Shown here piece by piece: positions 10,814 through 33,857 of a DNA stretch of 64,000 bases. Position 1 is the first letter of the stretch; every line of letters starts with the position of its first letter. Below the pieces are notes generated by a model. That model was not told the origin of the DNA. It searched no databases and worked only from the letters and a program-made list of their open reading frames with translations. The position numbers and the translations under genes are program-made. Origin of the DNA: Macrostomum hystrix. Taxonomy: Eukaryota; Animalia; Platyhelminthes. Location: the NCBI GenBank assembly GCA_950097015.1, contig CATNEN010000014.1, positions 2,170,001 to 2,234,000 of the forward strand, given 5' to 3'.

Positions 10814-12334
10814 ATGTCTGCGGAATCTACCCAGCCGACGCCCATCGCCCTGGCCTGCTCGCAGTGCGACTGCCGCCTCGCCGGCTGCCGCTATGTCCTC
10901 CTCGACGACAAGCAGCCGGCCTGCCTGAGCTGCTTCGACTCGCGCCTGGCCAACACCTGCGCCGCCTGCCAGGCCAAGATCGGTTGCGACTCCAAGGACG
11001 TCAGCTACGGCCAGCGCCACTGGCACGAGGCCTGCTTCCGCTGCGCCGGCTGCTCCGCCCCGCTGGCTGGCAGCTCCTTCTCCGTGAAGGACGAGGCCAC
11101 CTTCTGCCTGATCTGCTATGAGGCCAGGTTCGCCGAGCGCTGCAACCGCTGCCTGGAGGCCTTCAAGGCCGGGCAGCGCAAGTTCGAGTTCCGCTCGCGC
11201 CAGTATCACGACGCCTGCTTCCTGTGCTGCGACTGCGGCACTCGGATAGGCGGCGCCAGTTTCGTTCCGCGAGGAAGCGGCGCTGATGGACCCGACCCCG
11301 ACTGCTGCTGCATGGCCTGCTATGAGGCCAAGTATGCTCAGCGCTGCTCCGACTGCAGAGAGGTGACTCAAAATCTCTCCACTGACACCTCAAATCCTGA
11401 CACAAATCAGCACAAATCAGCACAAATCCTGACACAAATCAGCACAAATCAGCACAAATCCTGACACAAATCAGCACAAATCAGCACAAATCCTGACACA
11501 AATCAGCTCAAATCCTGACACAAATCAGCACAAATCCTGACACAAATCAGCACAAATCAGCACAAATCCTGACACAAATCAGCTCAAATCCTGACACAAA
11601 TCAGCACAAATCCTGACACAAATCAGCACAAATCAGCACAAATCCTGACACAAATCAGCACAAATCCTGACACAAATCAGCACAAATCAGCACAAATCCT
11701 GACACAAATCAGCACAAATCCTGACACAAATCAGCACAAATCAGCACAAATCCTGACACAAATCAGCACAAATCAGCACAAATCCTGACACAAATCCTGA
11801 CACAAATCAGCACAAATCAGCACAAATCCTGACACAAATCAGCTCAAATCCTGACACAAATCAGCACAAATCAGCACAAATCCTGACACAAATCAGCACA
11901 AATCCTGACACAAATCAGCACAAATCCTGACACAAATCAGCACAAATCAACACCGACCAAAACGCTCGCAGGTGATTCGCAAGGGCGGCGTCAGTTACAA
12001 AGGCCGCCCCTACCACGCCGACTGTCTGGTGTGCGGCCACTGCGCCAAGCCGCTGAGCGGTCAGAAATTCACCTCGCACGAGGAGCGGCCCTACTGCGGC
12101 GACTGCTACGGCGAGCTGTTCGCCAAGCGCTGCGCCGCCTGCTTCAGGCCCATCACCGGCTTCACTGGCAGCAAGTTCATCTCGTTCGAACAGCGCGACT
12201 GGCACTCGCAGTGCTTCAACTGCGCCGCCTGCGGTGACAGCCTGGTGGGCAAGGGCTTCCTGGCCGACGGCGAGAAGGTCGTCTGCACCGTCTGCGGCGA
12301 CGCCGGTCGTCAGGAAGGCGCCGACGCGAAGTGA
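10814..12334 (+). CDS. FHL2: Four-and-a-half LIM domain protein (FHL2/Limpet-like), 2 exons, 303 aa
   Basis: Exons 10814-11362 and 11972-12334 (GAG|gtgact...cgcag|GTG, phase 0). Half-LIM followed by four LIM domains, with FHL-typical strings DSKDVSYGQRHWHEACF, GGVSYKGRPYHADC, SKFISFEQRDWHSQCFNC. Confidence 0.92.
11389..11948. repeat. CACAAATCAG / CACAAATCCTGA mixed minisatellite filling the FHL2-like intron
   Basis: Direct inspection. Confidence 0.95.
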
Positions 12335-13314
12335 ATCTGCGCAGCCTAGCAGCCACTGTTGTTGTCGTTGTTTACAATATGGAGACCTGAACGCTTTATA
12401 AAACATTTAAAATTTACTGAAAATACTAGTAACTTCGGAGAAGCGCGAGTTGTGCCTGTGAAAATTGTAGGGTCAAGCGCCGTGCGCCGATTGGTAAGAA
12501 GGCGTCGACCCTACCGATATACCTACCTCACCTCCCTCGCCAACCAATCAGCGCGCTGCGCCAGACGGCACAGTTTTTCTAATACCGGAAGAAACACATT
12601 ACAAAAAGAAATAACTTTTAATGTTACATAATTCAATTTTTTACTCAAATTTACCCCATACCTCATACAAAGACAATATACTTTTTAATCATGTCTAGCT
12701 TTCATATCTGGTCTAATATGTTATTATATTTTATAGTTTATTTTACTGTTGTGCAATACTACTATGTAAGTAGTTTAATCGCAGTTAGTAATAAAAGTCA
12801 GATTTTTATTACTATTAAAAGGCTGGTTGACATTTCGCTTTCAAAGATTTTCCCATTCGTTACATTTCGGCTACTATTGAGAGGGCTAGATCGTATCTAG
12901 TAGGCCAGCTGGGTAAAGTCCAGACAATGTCTACTTTACGCCCAAAAGAATATCTCTAGATGATCTCTAGATCATGTCTATATTCAGATGAAAAGCTTAA
13001 TCCAACGGCTCGAGGTAATTCTTATGAAAATTTGCATTCTCTCATTTCAATCCATTCTGCTATATTTTTTAGCTTCGTGTTAATTAGAGCAAGGACCGAC
13101 TATTTTCATTAAAATACATCTTACCGATATAATTCGTCTCATTCAGTAAAACAAAACTAATGATTTTAGATAGTCTACTTGCCACAGAGTTCAATCAGTT
13201 AATGGTTTGTTCATATGCTTGCAGTAGTATGTAAAGAAATCAACGATTGGAAGACAATTCGCATGTTCAAGCAACTCACATTAACAAAAAACTTAATTTA
13301 AAAATCCAGTTTTA

Positions 13315-13650
13315 ATTGGTGAAGATTCGGGTTGGTGAGGATTCGGGTTGGTGAGGATTCGGGTTGGTGAAGGTTCGGGTTGGTGAAGGTTCGGGTTGGT
13401 GAAGATTCGGGTTGGTGAAGGTTCGGGTTGGTGAAGGTTCGGGTTGGTGAAGATTCGGGTTGGTGAAAATTCGGGTTGGTGAAGGTTCAGGTTGGTGAAG
13501 ATTCGGGTTGGTGAAAATTCGGGTTGGTGAAGGTTCAGGTTGGTGAGGATTCGGGTTGTTGAAGGTTCGGGTTGGTGAAGGTTCAGGTTGGTGAGGATTC
13601 GGGTTGTTGAAGGTTCGGGTTGGTGAAGGTTCAGGTTGGTGAGAATTTGG
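13315..13650. repeat. 16-bp minisatellite (GAAGATTCGGGTTGGT), about 21 copies; reverse complement of the 17946-21040 family
   Basis: Reverse complement ACCAACCCGAATCTTC versus ACCAACCCGAAACTTC in the larger array. Confidence 0.93.
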
Positions 13651-14134
13651 ATTGAAGCAGTTTACATCACCGCAGTTCTTGTAAAGCAAAATTCCACCAG
13701 GCAGCATTTGAAAAGCAAAAATAAAAAACCGCAGAATTCTACGTAGATGAATAGGAAAATAAAATTTTAGAAAAAACCAATCGACTAATTATTGATTGAT
13801 TGGTTGACTGATTGATGTCCTTCTCAAGCGCTTTCTTGTGTAGAAATCTTGTACTTTAATTATTCCTAATAGTGCAGCTATTAGTGCAAACTAGAGTGGG
13901 ATCTGATCTCAGGCGTGGGATCTGAGATCAGGTTCGCAGCGGGATAAATAATACCCTGTCCATAAATAATGACAGAAAATCACCTTTCTTGAAGCGATAG
14001 CGAACAGGCCAGAAGCCAGGATGGAAGCTGAAATCAGTCGAATGTGAGTGTTATCCCCAACCAATGAACTCAAAGCTAGGGAGATGGCGGCGAGGCAGCT
14101 ATGACAGGTATTCCTCGTCAGCTGATAAGCGGTT

Positions 14135-23704
<9,570 letters not shown>

Positions 23705-24416
23705 TCTTCAGGTCAACTATTCGACTGCAAAAAACTGCTAATAGGTAAGATGAAAGTTCGGTGTAATTAAGGTTGGGTAATAAATACAGTCTAGGGATGG
23801 CTAGGCTTACTTATAAAGGCGCGGCTCACACGCGAAGGTCACAGGCGAGAGAAATGTCTAGTGGGTGATGTGTTTCTCTGCGGGTACATGTACATGTAAA
23901 AGCGTTGGTCGATAATCTGGTCTTACGCGTGCGCAAAGGGAATTCCAATTTGAACTGGGGGTGGTGGGGCAGCCAGTTCTGCGCAGCCAGTCCTAGGGGA
24001 GGTGGGGTATGGCGGGCTGTGTGGGTGTGAGAAGCCCCCACGAGTGTACACTCGCTGACGCTGACGCTACCAGTCTGACCCGCCATCTTCCTTACCTTAT
24101 CGGCCCTGTGTAGGACAGATAGAACTGACGAGTCCTTCGCCAGCCCAAACCGGATTGGCCTAGCTGAACGTCGGGATTTTTTCACTCTTGGCTTCGCCTG
24201 TTTAAAAATAATCTTATGAAGAGCGGCCGGTTTGTTTAAGCATTTTTTACTTTGAAATCCATTTTCGACTACTTCTAGCAGTGATTAAGCATCGTCGTAC
24301 TTTTCTTGAAAAATGCATTTACCTATTACCTATTCAATAGCTAGATACAGGGAATGTGTGCGCCTGTGCGGATCTGATCACTATGTTTTATTGTGTAGAA
24401 CTCTGCAGTAGAATCG

Positions 24417-25075
24417 AGGCCGCAATATTCTGCCGAGGCGCTGACGGGCAGGTAACGGAGCTTCCACGCTCTCAGCAGTTCGTCTACCTCGGCGGTCTGG
24501 TACCAGACGTCCGCGAAGATCTGCAGCGTTGCCGCCGGTACGCTTGGGCTGCCTTTCGTTCTGTGAGGGCGGTCCTGCAGTCCGATCGGCCCTACCTGAT
24601 CGCCAGAGGGCGGCGTTGTTCCAGGCGGTGGTCGAGACCGTCCTGTTGTACAACGCCGAGACCTGGACGCTGACGGATTCGCTCGAGCAGCAAGTCAATG
24701 CGGCGCACGCTGGCCTGCTACGCGCCGCCTTTAAGATCAGCGACGAGCGGATCACTAACGCGGCACTCTATCGCCGCGCCGGCCTGGCCCGTCCAAGTGA
24801 ACTGCTGCGACTTCGGCGACTCCAGCTGGCAGGCCATATCATCCGCGCCGAGTCCTACTGCCCGCAGCCGGTGCAGGAGGTGCTGCTGCTAACCCTGCAG
24901 GCACCCTGCCGGCGCGGCCAGGCCCGAACTCGGCGTTTCGTCGACTGCCTGCTGGCCGATGCTGGCGCCCCGGACACTGCCGGCGGTGCGGCCTTTGTTC
25001 GCGCCCAGGCTCTGAAGCGCACTGTGACGCTGCTTTCTTCTTTTCCACCTGACAGCGTATTTTGTTGTTGTTGTT
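24417..25075 (+). mobile_element. 5'-truncated, frameshifted non-LTR retrotransposon (RTE-like) relic: post-RT C-terminal region
   Basis: QQFVYLGG...AWAAFRSV, a frameshift near 24590-24610, then ALFQAVVETVLLYNAETWTLT...LRLRRLQLAGHIIR; these motifs (YLG, LLYxxETW, RLxxAGH) are typical of RTE-clade ORF ends. Ends in a (TTG)n tail. Confidence 0.8.
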
Positions 25076-25076
25076 G

Positions 25077-25272
25077 TTCTGTGGGACTGGATTCTGTGGC
25101 ACTGGATTCTGTGGGACTAGTTTCTGTGGGAATGGGTTCTGTGGGACTGGATTCTGTGGCACTGGATTCTGTGGCACTGGATTCTGTGGCACTGGATTCT
25201 GTGGCACTGGATTCTGTGGCACTGGATTCTGTGGGACTGGATTCTGTGGCACTGGATTCTGTGGCACTGGGT
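25077..25272. repeat. 15-bp minisatellite (CTGTGGCACTGGATT), about 13 copies, abutting the LINE tail
   Basis: Direct inspection. Confidence 0.93.
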
Positions 25273-26404
25273 TCTCTATCATGCTCTGTATTGTGCCGAA
25301 TGAGTGGCAAGGTAAGTTCTTGAAGAACCTTCTGCATCAAAAGCATCATTCCATTCAATTTAAGGCGTTTAAATCGGCGATGCTGGAGTCGAAGGACCTA
25401 CTCAGAAAACGAGTCTGATGGCTAATTAGTTATTATTCAAAATAACTAACTAATTAATAGGGTAAATGGCTTCATCCAGTCGATTTACCCTATGAAACTT
25501 GCCGGATTAACTCATGTCGTTTTATTGAGCTTGTTTCTGACGAAGTCAAAAAGTTCCTCGAGATCGGAAACCTGCCAAGGTACTTCAGCTCTGGTTTCAC
25601 GACACCGTCTGTATCACTAGCAGTGATTTAATCAGCTAAGCCACTTTGCACTGCTACTTAGCGCATGCCTAATCCTTTCTTTAATCGTGACATCAAAGCA
25701 GAATTTTCAGACTCAGCTTATGGGGCTTCGTCAAATTCATAACCTTATGAGTCACAGGGTCTGCTGTCAGTCATGCACTGGGTCTGTTGTTGGTGTACAT
25801 TGGTTTGACGCCATTCGCTTCTTTGTATTGACTTTGCTTTGTACTTTTAGTTAAAAGCGGTTCTATGAATAAGATTCGGCTAGCACGAATTCAGTTATGC
25901 TCAAGCAATTTCTTGAGCAGAACAGGCAATGATAAGCGCATTAAGGATGTCTGCAGCTTGTCACACTCCAGCAGTCGGTGCACCAGTAGCCCCGAGAATT
26001 TGTCGGCGCTGTCTCACGAAGTTGACGAAGGCTTTAGCTTAGACACGGCCGCTCGCTGCAGCGCTATTGGCTGCTGAGCCCTGATATGGATATTGGGTAG
26101 CAGTAAGCCCGAACAGCTATATAACTCTGATATCGGACCTGCCTTGGCCAAATAACAGATTCGAACACGCTGACAAGAGGCAATTGACAAATCCGAATAA
26201 CTCCCCACCTTATCGCCATTTGACTAGCTTCAGAGTCTAGCTTACTGGTGAGTCTCAGATTTTTAGTAAGGCCAAGCCTGTCAATCAGCAGCTGACACAC
26301 TTGTGTGACTTGTGTGACAGCAGTTGTAAAATAGTCGATTCTGACACAGAAATCACATTGCCATATCGCTGTCTAACAAGTAGAAATACTTAAACAGGAT
26401 ATTT

Positions 26405-27117
26405 ATGTCACTGTCTAACAGGTGATTGATGTCACTATCTAACAGGTTACTGATGTCACTGTATAACAGGTGATTGATGTCACTATCTAACAGGTGATTG
26501 ATGTCACTATCTAACACGTGATTGATGTCACAGTCTGACAGGTTACTGATGTCACTGTATAACAGGTGATTGATGTCACTATCTAACACGTGATTGATGT
26601 CACTATCTAACACGTGATTGATGTCACAGTCTGACAGGTTACTGATGTCACTGTATAACAGGTGATTGATGTCACTATCTAACACGTGATTGATGTCACT
26701 ATCTAACAGGTGATTGATGTCACTGTCTAACAGGTGATTGATGTCACTGTCTAACAGGTGATTGATGTCACTGTCTAACAGGTGATTGATGTCACTGTCT
26801 AACAGGTGATTGATGTCACTGTCTAACAGGTGATTGATGTCACTGTCTAACAGGTGATTGATGTCACTGTCTAACAGGTGATTGATGTCACTGTCTAACA
26901 TGGGATTGATGTCACTGTCTAACAGGTGATTGATGTCACTGTCTAACAGGTGATTGATGTCACTGTCTAACAGGTGATTGATGTCACTGTCTAACAGGTG
27001 ATTGATGTCACTGTCTAACAGGTGATTGATGTCACTGTCTAACAGGTGATTGATGTCACTGTCTAACAGGTGATTGATGTCACTGTCTAACAGGTGATTG
27101 ATGTCACTGTCTAACAG
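26405..27117. repeat. 24-bp minisatellite (GTGATTGATGTCACTGTCTAACAG), about 30 copies
   Basis: Direct inspection. Confidence 0.95.
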
Positions 27118-27511
27118 TTGGACTAACTCACGGTCTAATTCTATTAGATTATTAGCTTTTTATCAGACGCACTTGTTTGAGTGGAAGCACAAATGCAAAG
27201 CATATTTTAGCCTGCCCTCACTGCATCTATCGCTGACATGAAATAATCTAGTTTCAGAAGTAGGAAATTCATATTTTAGCTGTGAATTTTCCAGGTAGGA
27301 CGCAACTGGAAAAGCGTTCCCTTTTGACTAGCAAAATTAAGTTTTGTTGTGTCTGGTAACCGAAAGTGAACCTAAATGACATTTCTGAATCAGATATTTC
27401 GTTGTTAATCTAATTGTTATTTTTTTATATCAGCCAGTTCTGCGTTTATGAATATGATTTGTGAGAATATTTTTTGTTACTGTCCGACAAGTAATTTGTC
27501 TATGATTGAAC

Positions 27512-27885
27512 TTGTGAATCTGGGATGTGTGAGTCTGGGATGTGTGAATCTGGGATGTGTGATTCTTGGGATGTGTGAATCTGGGACGTGTGAGTCTGGG
27601 ATGTGTGAGTCTGGGATGTGTAAATCTGGGGATGTGTAAATCTGGGGATGTGTGAATCTTGGGATGTGTGAATCTTGGGATGTGTGAGTCTGGGATGTGT
27701 GAATCTAGGATGTGTGAATCTGGGGATGTGTGAATCTTGGGATGTGTGAGTCTGGGATGTGTGAATCTGGGGATGTTTGAATCTGGGGATGTGTGAATCT
27801 GGGGATGTGTGAATCTAGGATGTGTGAATCTGGGGATGTGTGAATCTGGGATGCGTGAATCTGGAGACGTGTGAATCTGGGGAAC
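27512..27885. repeat. degenerate ~15-bp minisatellite (TGTGAATCTGGGATG)
   Basis: Direct inspection; related to 28340-29155. Confidence 0.9.
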
Positions 27886-28339
27886 TGTGATAATATGTTT
27901 AAAAAAATAATTTTAAAGGCACACTTAAGTGGTTAAACTATGCTAAGTGGTTGTTTATTGACTTTCTGCTCGCAAGCATTCTCAAAGAGTAAAGTTTCCA
28001 GTGATAATTCCTGTATTTCTGGAGGTGGTCTTGTCATCGGGTTATACAAAAATTTAATCCGGACTGGAATTCTCCTAGCTGCTATCAGTGAGCTTCTGTG
28101 CTCAACTTGACTTTCTTCCGTGAGCTGCTGACTAAAGCAGCTGCCAGGCTGCTAGCCCAAGATTCCTTAATTAGTGGCGGCAACTTGCGACTAAAGTAGA
28201 GTTAAACAAGTCGGCATTCTTTCCGATTCCGTTCAGTTCAAAGCTGTCGACTGACAGGTGACAGGTGAAAAAAGGCTCAATAGATATACCTTCTAATGAT
28301 CTATTTGCTAATGGGTGATTAGTGCGAGCTGTTTTGTCA

Positions 28340-29155
28340 ATCTGGGACTTCTGTGTGGGATTTGTGAACATGGGATTTGTGAATGTAGGATGTGTGAATC
28401 TGAGATTTGTGAATGTAGGATGTGTGAATCTGAGATTTGTGAATGTAGAATGTGTGAATCTGAGATTTGTGAATGTAGGATTTGTGAATCTGAGATTTGT
28501 GAATGTAGGATGTGTGAATCTGAGATTTGTGAATGTAGGATGTGTGAATCTGAGATTTGTGAATGTAGAATGTGTGAATCTGAGATTTGTGAATGTAGGA
28601 TGTGTGAATCTGAGATTTGTGAATGTAGAATGTGTGAATCTGAGATTTGTGAATGTAGGATGTGTGAATCTGAGATTTGTGAATGTAGGATGTGTGAATC
28701 TGAGATTTGTGAATGTAGGATGTGTGAATCTGAGATTTGTGAATGTAGAATGTGTGAATCTGAGATTTGTGAATGTAGGATGTGTGAATCTGAGATTTGT
28801 GTATGTAGGATGTGTGAATCTGAGATTTGTGAATGTAGGATGTGTGAATCTGAGATTTGTGAATCTCGGATGTGTGAATCTGAGATTTATGAATCTGAGG
28901 TTTGTTAATGTCGGATGTGTGAATACGGACTTGTGAATGTAGGATTTGTGAATCTGGGAATTTTTGAATCTGAGATTTGTGAATATAATATTTGTGAATG
29001 TTGGATTTGTGAATCTGAGATTTGTGAATCTGGGAGTTGGTGAATCTGGGATTCGTGAATAAGAGATTTGTGAATGTAGGATGTGTGAATACGGATTTGT
29101 GAATGTAGGATGACTTAATCTGAGATTTGTGAATGTAGGATGTGGGAATCTGGGA
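28340..29155. repeat. ~15-bp-based minisatellite with a 45-bp higher-order unit (TGTGAATCTGAGATT-TGTGAATGTAGGATG...)
   Basis: Direct inspection. Confidence 0.92.
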
Positions 29156-29529
29156 TTGAAGTCCAGGAAATGTTTCGTTACTTTACTACAGCATTTCTCA
29201 TGTATATAAGCTTGGTGCAAGCAAATGTTGGGATTACATATGTTTGTTGATTTTCGTGCCTATTCGTCCAGTCGGGCACCTGTCCTCAATCTTTGAACTT
29301 TAGCGTGTCACAGACAGCAGAACCAAAAGTCCCCCCCGCTCTGGTCCTAAGCCTGGCCCAGTCATCACTTATGCAAATTCAGTTACGCCAGACCCCCCGG
29401 CGCACTCAAATTTATCCCTTCCCCAAATTCTGCAGTGAAAAAAACTTTTCTAGACAATTTTTCCTCTTTGCAAAAAGAGAAATTGCAGAAATTCGGCTCG
29501 TAGACTGTGCAATACTTGTACATGCCCAC

Positions 29530-29845
29530 ATGTACACCCTGGGAGCTAACTGTACACCACTGAACCCACATGTACACCCAGGGAGCCGACTGTACACCAC
29601 TGAACCCACATGTACACCCAGGGAGCCAACTGTACAACACTGAGCCCACATGTACACCCTGGGAGCTAACTGTACACCACTGAACCCACATGTACACCCA
29701 GGGAGCCAACTGTACAACACTGAGCCCACATGTACACCCTGGGAGCTAACTGTACACCACTGAACCCACATGTACACCCAGGGAGCTAACTGTACAACAC
29801 TGAGCCCACATGTACACCCAGGGAGCCGACTGTACACCACTGAGC
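29530..29845. repeat. 40-bp minisatellite (two 20-bp TGTACACC subunits), about 8 copies
   Basis: Direct inspection. Confidence 0.93.
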
Positions 29846-30336
29846 ATGTAAAGTCAGAGAGATTCTAGCCCAGCGGTTAGTTAGCTCAGAAGTTCGATTC
29901 GCAGCTATTAGAAGCAGAAAGTCAGCGAGAGGGACTTCCTAACAAAAGTGCCGCATCTCAATGACGCACTGGTGCCCTGTGGGTACGCATTATTGCTTGA
30001 ACATTTTCGCTGGCTTCTTACGGCCCAATATGCTCATAGAGTGCTCAGGTGCAGTCGGCGTAATGAGCAGTTTTGTTGCCGACCAAGTATCTGCAGAGTA
30101 GCACCTGGGTCATTTCCCTGCAATTAGCCAGCCAAATATGCTTAAAAAATGTCAAAGTTCATTTTTTAAACACAAAAGAATTCTTTCATCCTGATAGTTG
30201 GTTCAAAGCTAAATTTAGAAATTTCCTTTGAAGAAAGTGTCAATCATTTCTAAAGTTTTTTTCAACCGATATGTGAAGAAAATCGTGAAAATTCTTCTAG
30301 TCCGCAGTTATCAACCAACGCCTGCCCGCAGACAGA

Positions 30337-32997
30337 ATGTCACTAGCCAGCTTCGAGGTGGCGATGTTCGCCGAGCAGGTGGAATTCCGGGCCGCCAAGT
30401 GGCTGCAGTGGCTCTGCAGTCCCATTGTGCTGCTGGTGGGTTCCGTGGCCAACTGCCTGTCAGTGTGGATTCTGGCCCGCCGGGTGGCCCGCAACGGCAC
30501 CCACAACTATCTGCTGGCCCTGGGAGTGGCTGACCAGGTGAGCGCCTCCACCGACAGCTTGATTGACGGCTCGCTGAATTTGACAGTTGACTAGATTCGA
30601 CAGCTAAAACTGCTAGGCAAGGGGGTCAGTGGGGGGGGCAGAGCGGTAAACGCGTTTGCCTCTCGCACCAAGGTCCCTGAGCTCGATTCCGCGGCGAGAG
30701 AAGGCTTGGGGGCTTTTCGTGCAATTTACGCCCTTGAGGTCCAACCTCCAAGGCACAGTGAGAGTGTACACTGCCTGACGATGAGAAAGTCAGGGCAGAT
30801 GTACACACCTCGGTGAGTGTGTGTCTACGTACAGTAACTGTGTGCGCGTGTCAGTGGAATTGGTAGAATTGCCTTCTCGCTGGCTTGCGAGACTAGTGCC
30901 ACCTAATGATGTGCCATTGCATGAACCCCTCCTGCAATTATTATTATTAATTTTATATTACTACTATTATTCAACGTTGTTTGGCAGTTCAAATTGGCAG
31001 TTTAAAAGTTCATCGAGCCCTTTAAAAGTACATTGAAATAATTTTCTTCCTAGCAAGCGATGCAGAAAGCTCTTTATCTCCCTTAGTCTCGTCTCATCCT
31101 AGAATTTTGAGACGAGACTTTTATTCAGTTTTCAATCGCGAATTCACCGAACTCTCGCTGTTGGTTCGGCTCGCTGTTTGGTCTGCGGTCCTTTGGGATT
31201 TCCTGGCCCCACAATCGTCCCTTCTCAAAAACTTAAGACTGCTCAGGAAATTCGTGCCAATTTCCAGTCATGGCGAGACAGTTTTCTAGAGTAGTGCCTG
31301 CAATCACGATTCCCACAGGTCACACAGGTGACCAGCTGCTCAGGTAGGCGTGGGGAAAATACCTGCTAGGTGATAATGGACAGATTCCATAATGCGGAAA
31401 ATATCCCATTAGACGGAGCAAGGCAGCTAGCAAATATCCCCATGATAATAAGGACGCGGGTAGGTGAGACGGAGAAGATGAAGTCGAATCAGCTGAGCAT
31501 TAGCGATAGACTCATCCATTTTATAATGCTGTTAGCGCCTTGTCAATTTGCTTCAGGCAAAATCATTGAAATTCGTTCCATTAACTATACTGAGTAATTA
31601 GCCCAGTTCAAAATGACAAAGGCACACAACACACAGCACACACAGCACACACAGCACACACAGCACACACAGCACACACAGCACACACAGCACACACAGC
31701 ACACACAGCACACTCAGCACACAGCACACACAGCACACACAGCACACACAGCACACAGCACACAGCACACAGCACACACAGCACACACAGCACACAGCAC
31801 ACAGCACACACAGCACACACAGCACACACAGCACACACAGCACACACAGCACACACAGCACACTCAGCACACTCAGCACACACAGCACACAGCACACAGC
31901 ACACAGCACACACAGCACACAGCACACAGCACACACAGCACACACAGCACACACAGCACACACAGCACACACAGCACACACAGCACACACAGCACACACA
32001 GCACACACAGCACACTCAGCACACACAGCACACTCAGCACACACAGCACACTCAGCACACACAGCACACAGCACAGCCCCTTAGATATGCCATCTATTTT
32101 TTGCTGAAAGACTCATCGCACTGTGCTCAAACCTTCTGTTCCAAGGTGACACTACTCAGCGGCCTGCTCAAGTCCTGGATCTCGGCCTTGATCGGCGACG
32201 ACTGCGCCAAGCTGAGCCTCGTGATCTGCATCGGCGGCAACTTCTTGTCGACGGCGTCCACCTACCTCAGCGTCTACCTGATCGCCGCCGTCACCATCGA
32301 GAGGGTATTCGTGCTGTTCTCCCAGCTGCCAGTGCTGAACACGGCCGTGACTCGGGCTCGGCGAGTCATCGCCGGCCTGGTGGTCGGCTGCCTGGCGTTC
32401 AACATCCACTGGTTCTTCGTTCTGGACATTTACTCTTTCCACTGGCGACCCGACTCAAACAAGACTCACACGATCTGCTACCTGCGCCCGCAGCTGCTGC
32501 GCCATCTCAAACAGCCGCTGGCCTGGATTGACTTCCTGCTCTACTCACTGATCCCAATCCTGCTCATTGTGATCTGCAACGTGCTCATCATCTACCGCGT
32601 CTGCGCATCGCGCCGTCGGTACAACCGCGAGCTCCGGGAGGCCAGCCAGGACCACCAGGCCGGCCGGCCCCTGGACCAGCGGCTCGTGCGCAGCAACAGC
32701 CTCAACCGCAGCGTCAACCAGGTCACCGTCATGCTGCTGCTCGTGTCCTGCTTCTTCATCGTCACCAGCCTGCCCATCACCGTGCTGAAGGTACTCAGCT
32801 CCTTGTCCTCGGTGATTGACTCGGCAACCAACAACAACCCCGTGTTCTACTCGCGCTACCAGCTGGCCCAGGCCTGCGCTGAGCTGCTGATGTACATCAA
32901 CCACTCCGCCAACTTCTTCTTCTACTGCCTGGCCGCAAAGAAGTTTCGCAACGACTTGGCGAGTCGATTCCGCGGACTGCGGCTCTGCTGCAAGTGA
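30337..32997 (+). CDS. Rhodopsin-family peptide-type GPCR (FMRFamide/TRH-receptor-like invertebrate group), 2 exons, 350 aa
   Basis: Exons 30337-30537 (CAG|gtgagc) and 32146-32997 (ccaag|GTG), phase 0. Seven hydrophobic segments; TM1 GSVAN, TM2 LGVAD, TM3 TIERV, TM5 IP..LI...N, TM6 FFIVTSLP, TM7 INHSANFFFYC. Confidence 0.9.
31622..32076. repeat. (CACACAG/CACAG)n microsatellite in the GPCR intron
   Basis: Direct inspection. Confidence 0.95.
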
Positions 32998-33004
32998 TCT
33001 CCGT

Positions 33005-33295
33005 GACCTAGACCTCACCTGACCCAGTGACCTTGACCTCACGTGACTCAGTGACCTTGACCTCACATGACTCAGTGACCTTGACCTCACATGACCCAGT
33101 GACCTTGACCTCACATGACCCAGTGACCTTGACCTCACGTGACTCAGTGACCTTGACCTCACGTGACTCAGTGACCTTGACCTCACATGACTCAGTGACC
33201 TTGACCTCACATGACTCAGTGACCTTGACCTCACATGACTCACTGACCTTGACCTCGCATGACTCAGTGACCCAGATGTCACCTGACTCACTGAC
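33005..33295. repeat. 24-bp minisatellite (GTGACCTTGACCTCACRTGACTCA), about 11 copies, starting just after the GPCR stop
   Basis: Direct inspection. Confidence 0.94.
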
Positions 33296-33857
33296 CCTTA
33301 GAACGCCACTGGTACCATGCATGGTGACGACCTTGGGAATCACCGGTCGTTTCCATTGGCTACCATTGCTGGCATGTCGCTATCGGCTTGCAGAGCTGTC
33401 ACTTGGCAGCCCTTTCATCCAAGATAGTGACAAACTTGTAACAGAGCGTTGATTGGCCAGCATGCTCCACAGAAGATTCCCTTGATGATCGTGAGCCAAC
33501 TAAACATTTACATCCGACAAAGACTTAACTTAATGCATGCACTCACTTATCCAAATGCTTTGAAAAACTGAAAAGAATGATTAGAAATTTAAACTGGAAA
33601 ATCGGTTATATTCAGCACTCCCTGACTTGCGCATTTGTCTGAAAAGCCATAAATCAAAAGCAAGCAGCCGACATAAACTGAAAAGGGAAATAACATGTTC
33701 GAAAATCAAAGTCTATGGACTGACTGGCATTTGCTGCACTAATTTAAACAATTAAACTCCCTTCACATGTGATTTATGATGCAGCTGCTTGCTTTTGTTA
33801 ATGCATTCATTCAATTACATGCAATTCATAATACATTTTTATTGCATCAGTTTGCAT

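Noticed and set aside
25865-28320. Coding-looking minus-strand fragments (SADKFSGLLVHRLLECDKL...; VDSFELNGIGKNADLF...)
   Set aside because: They could not be joined into a phase-consistent model and no family was recognised.
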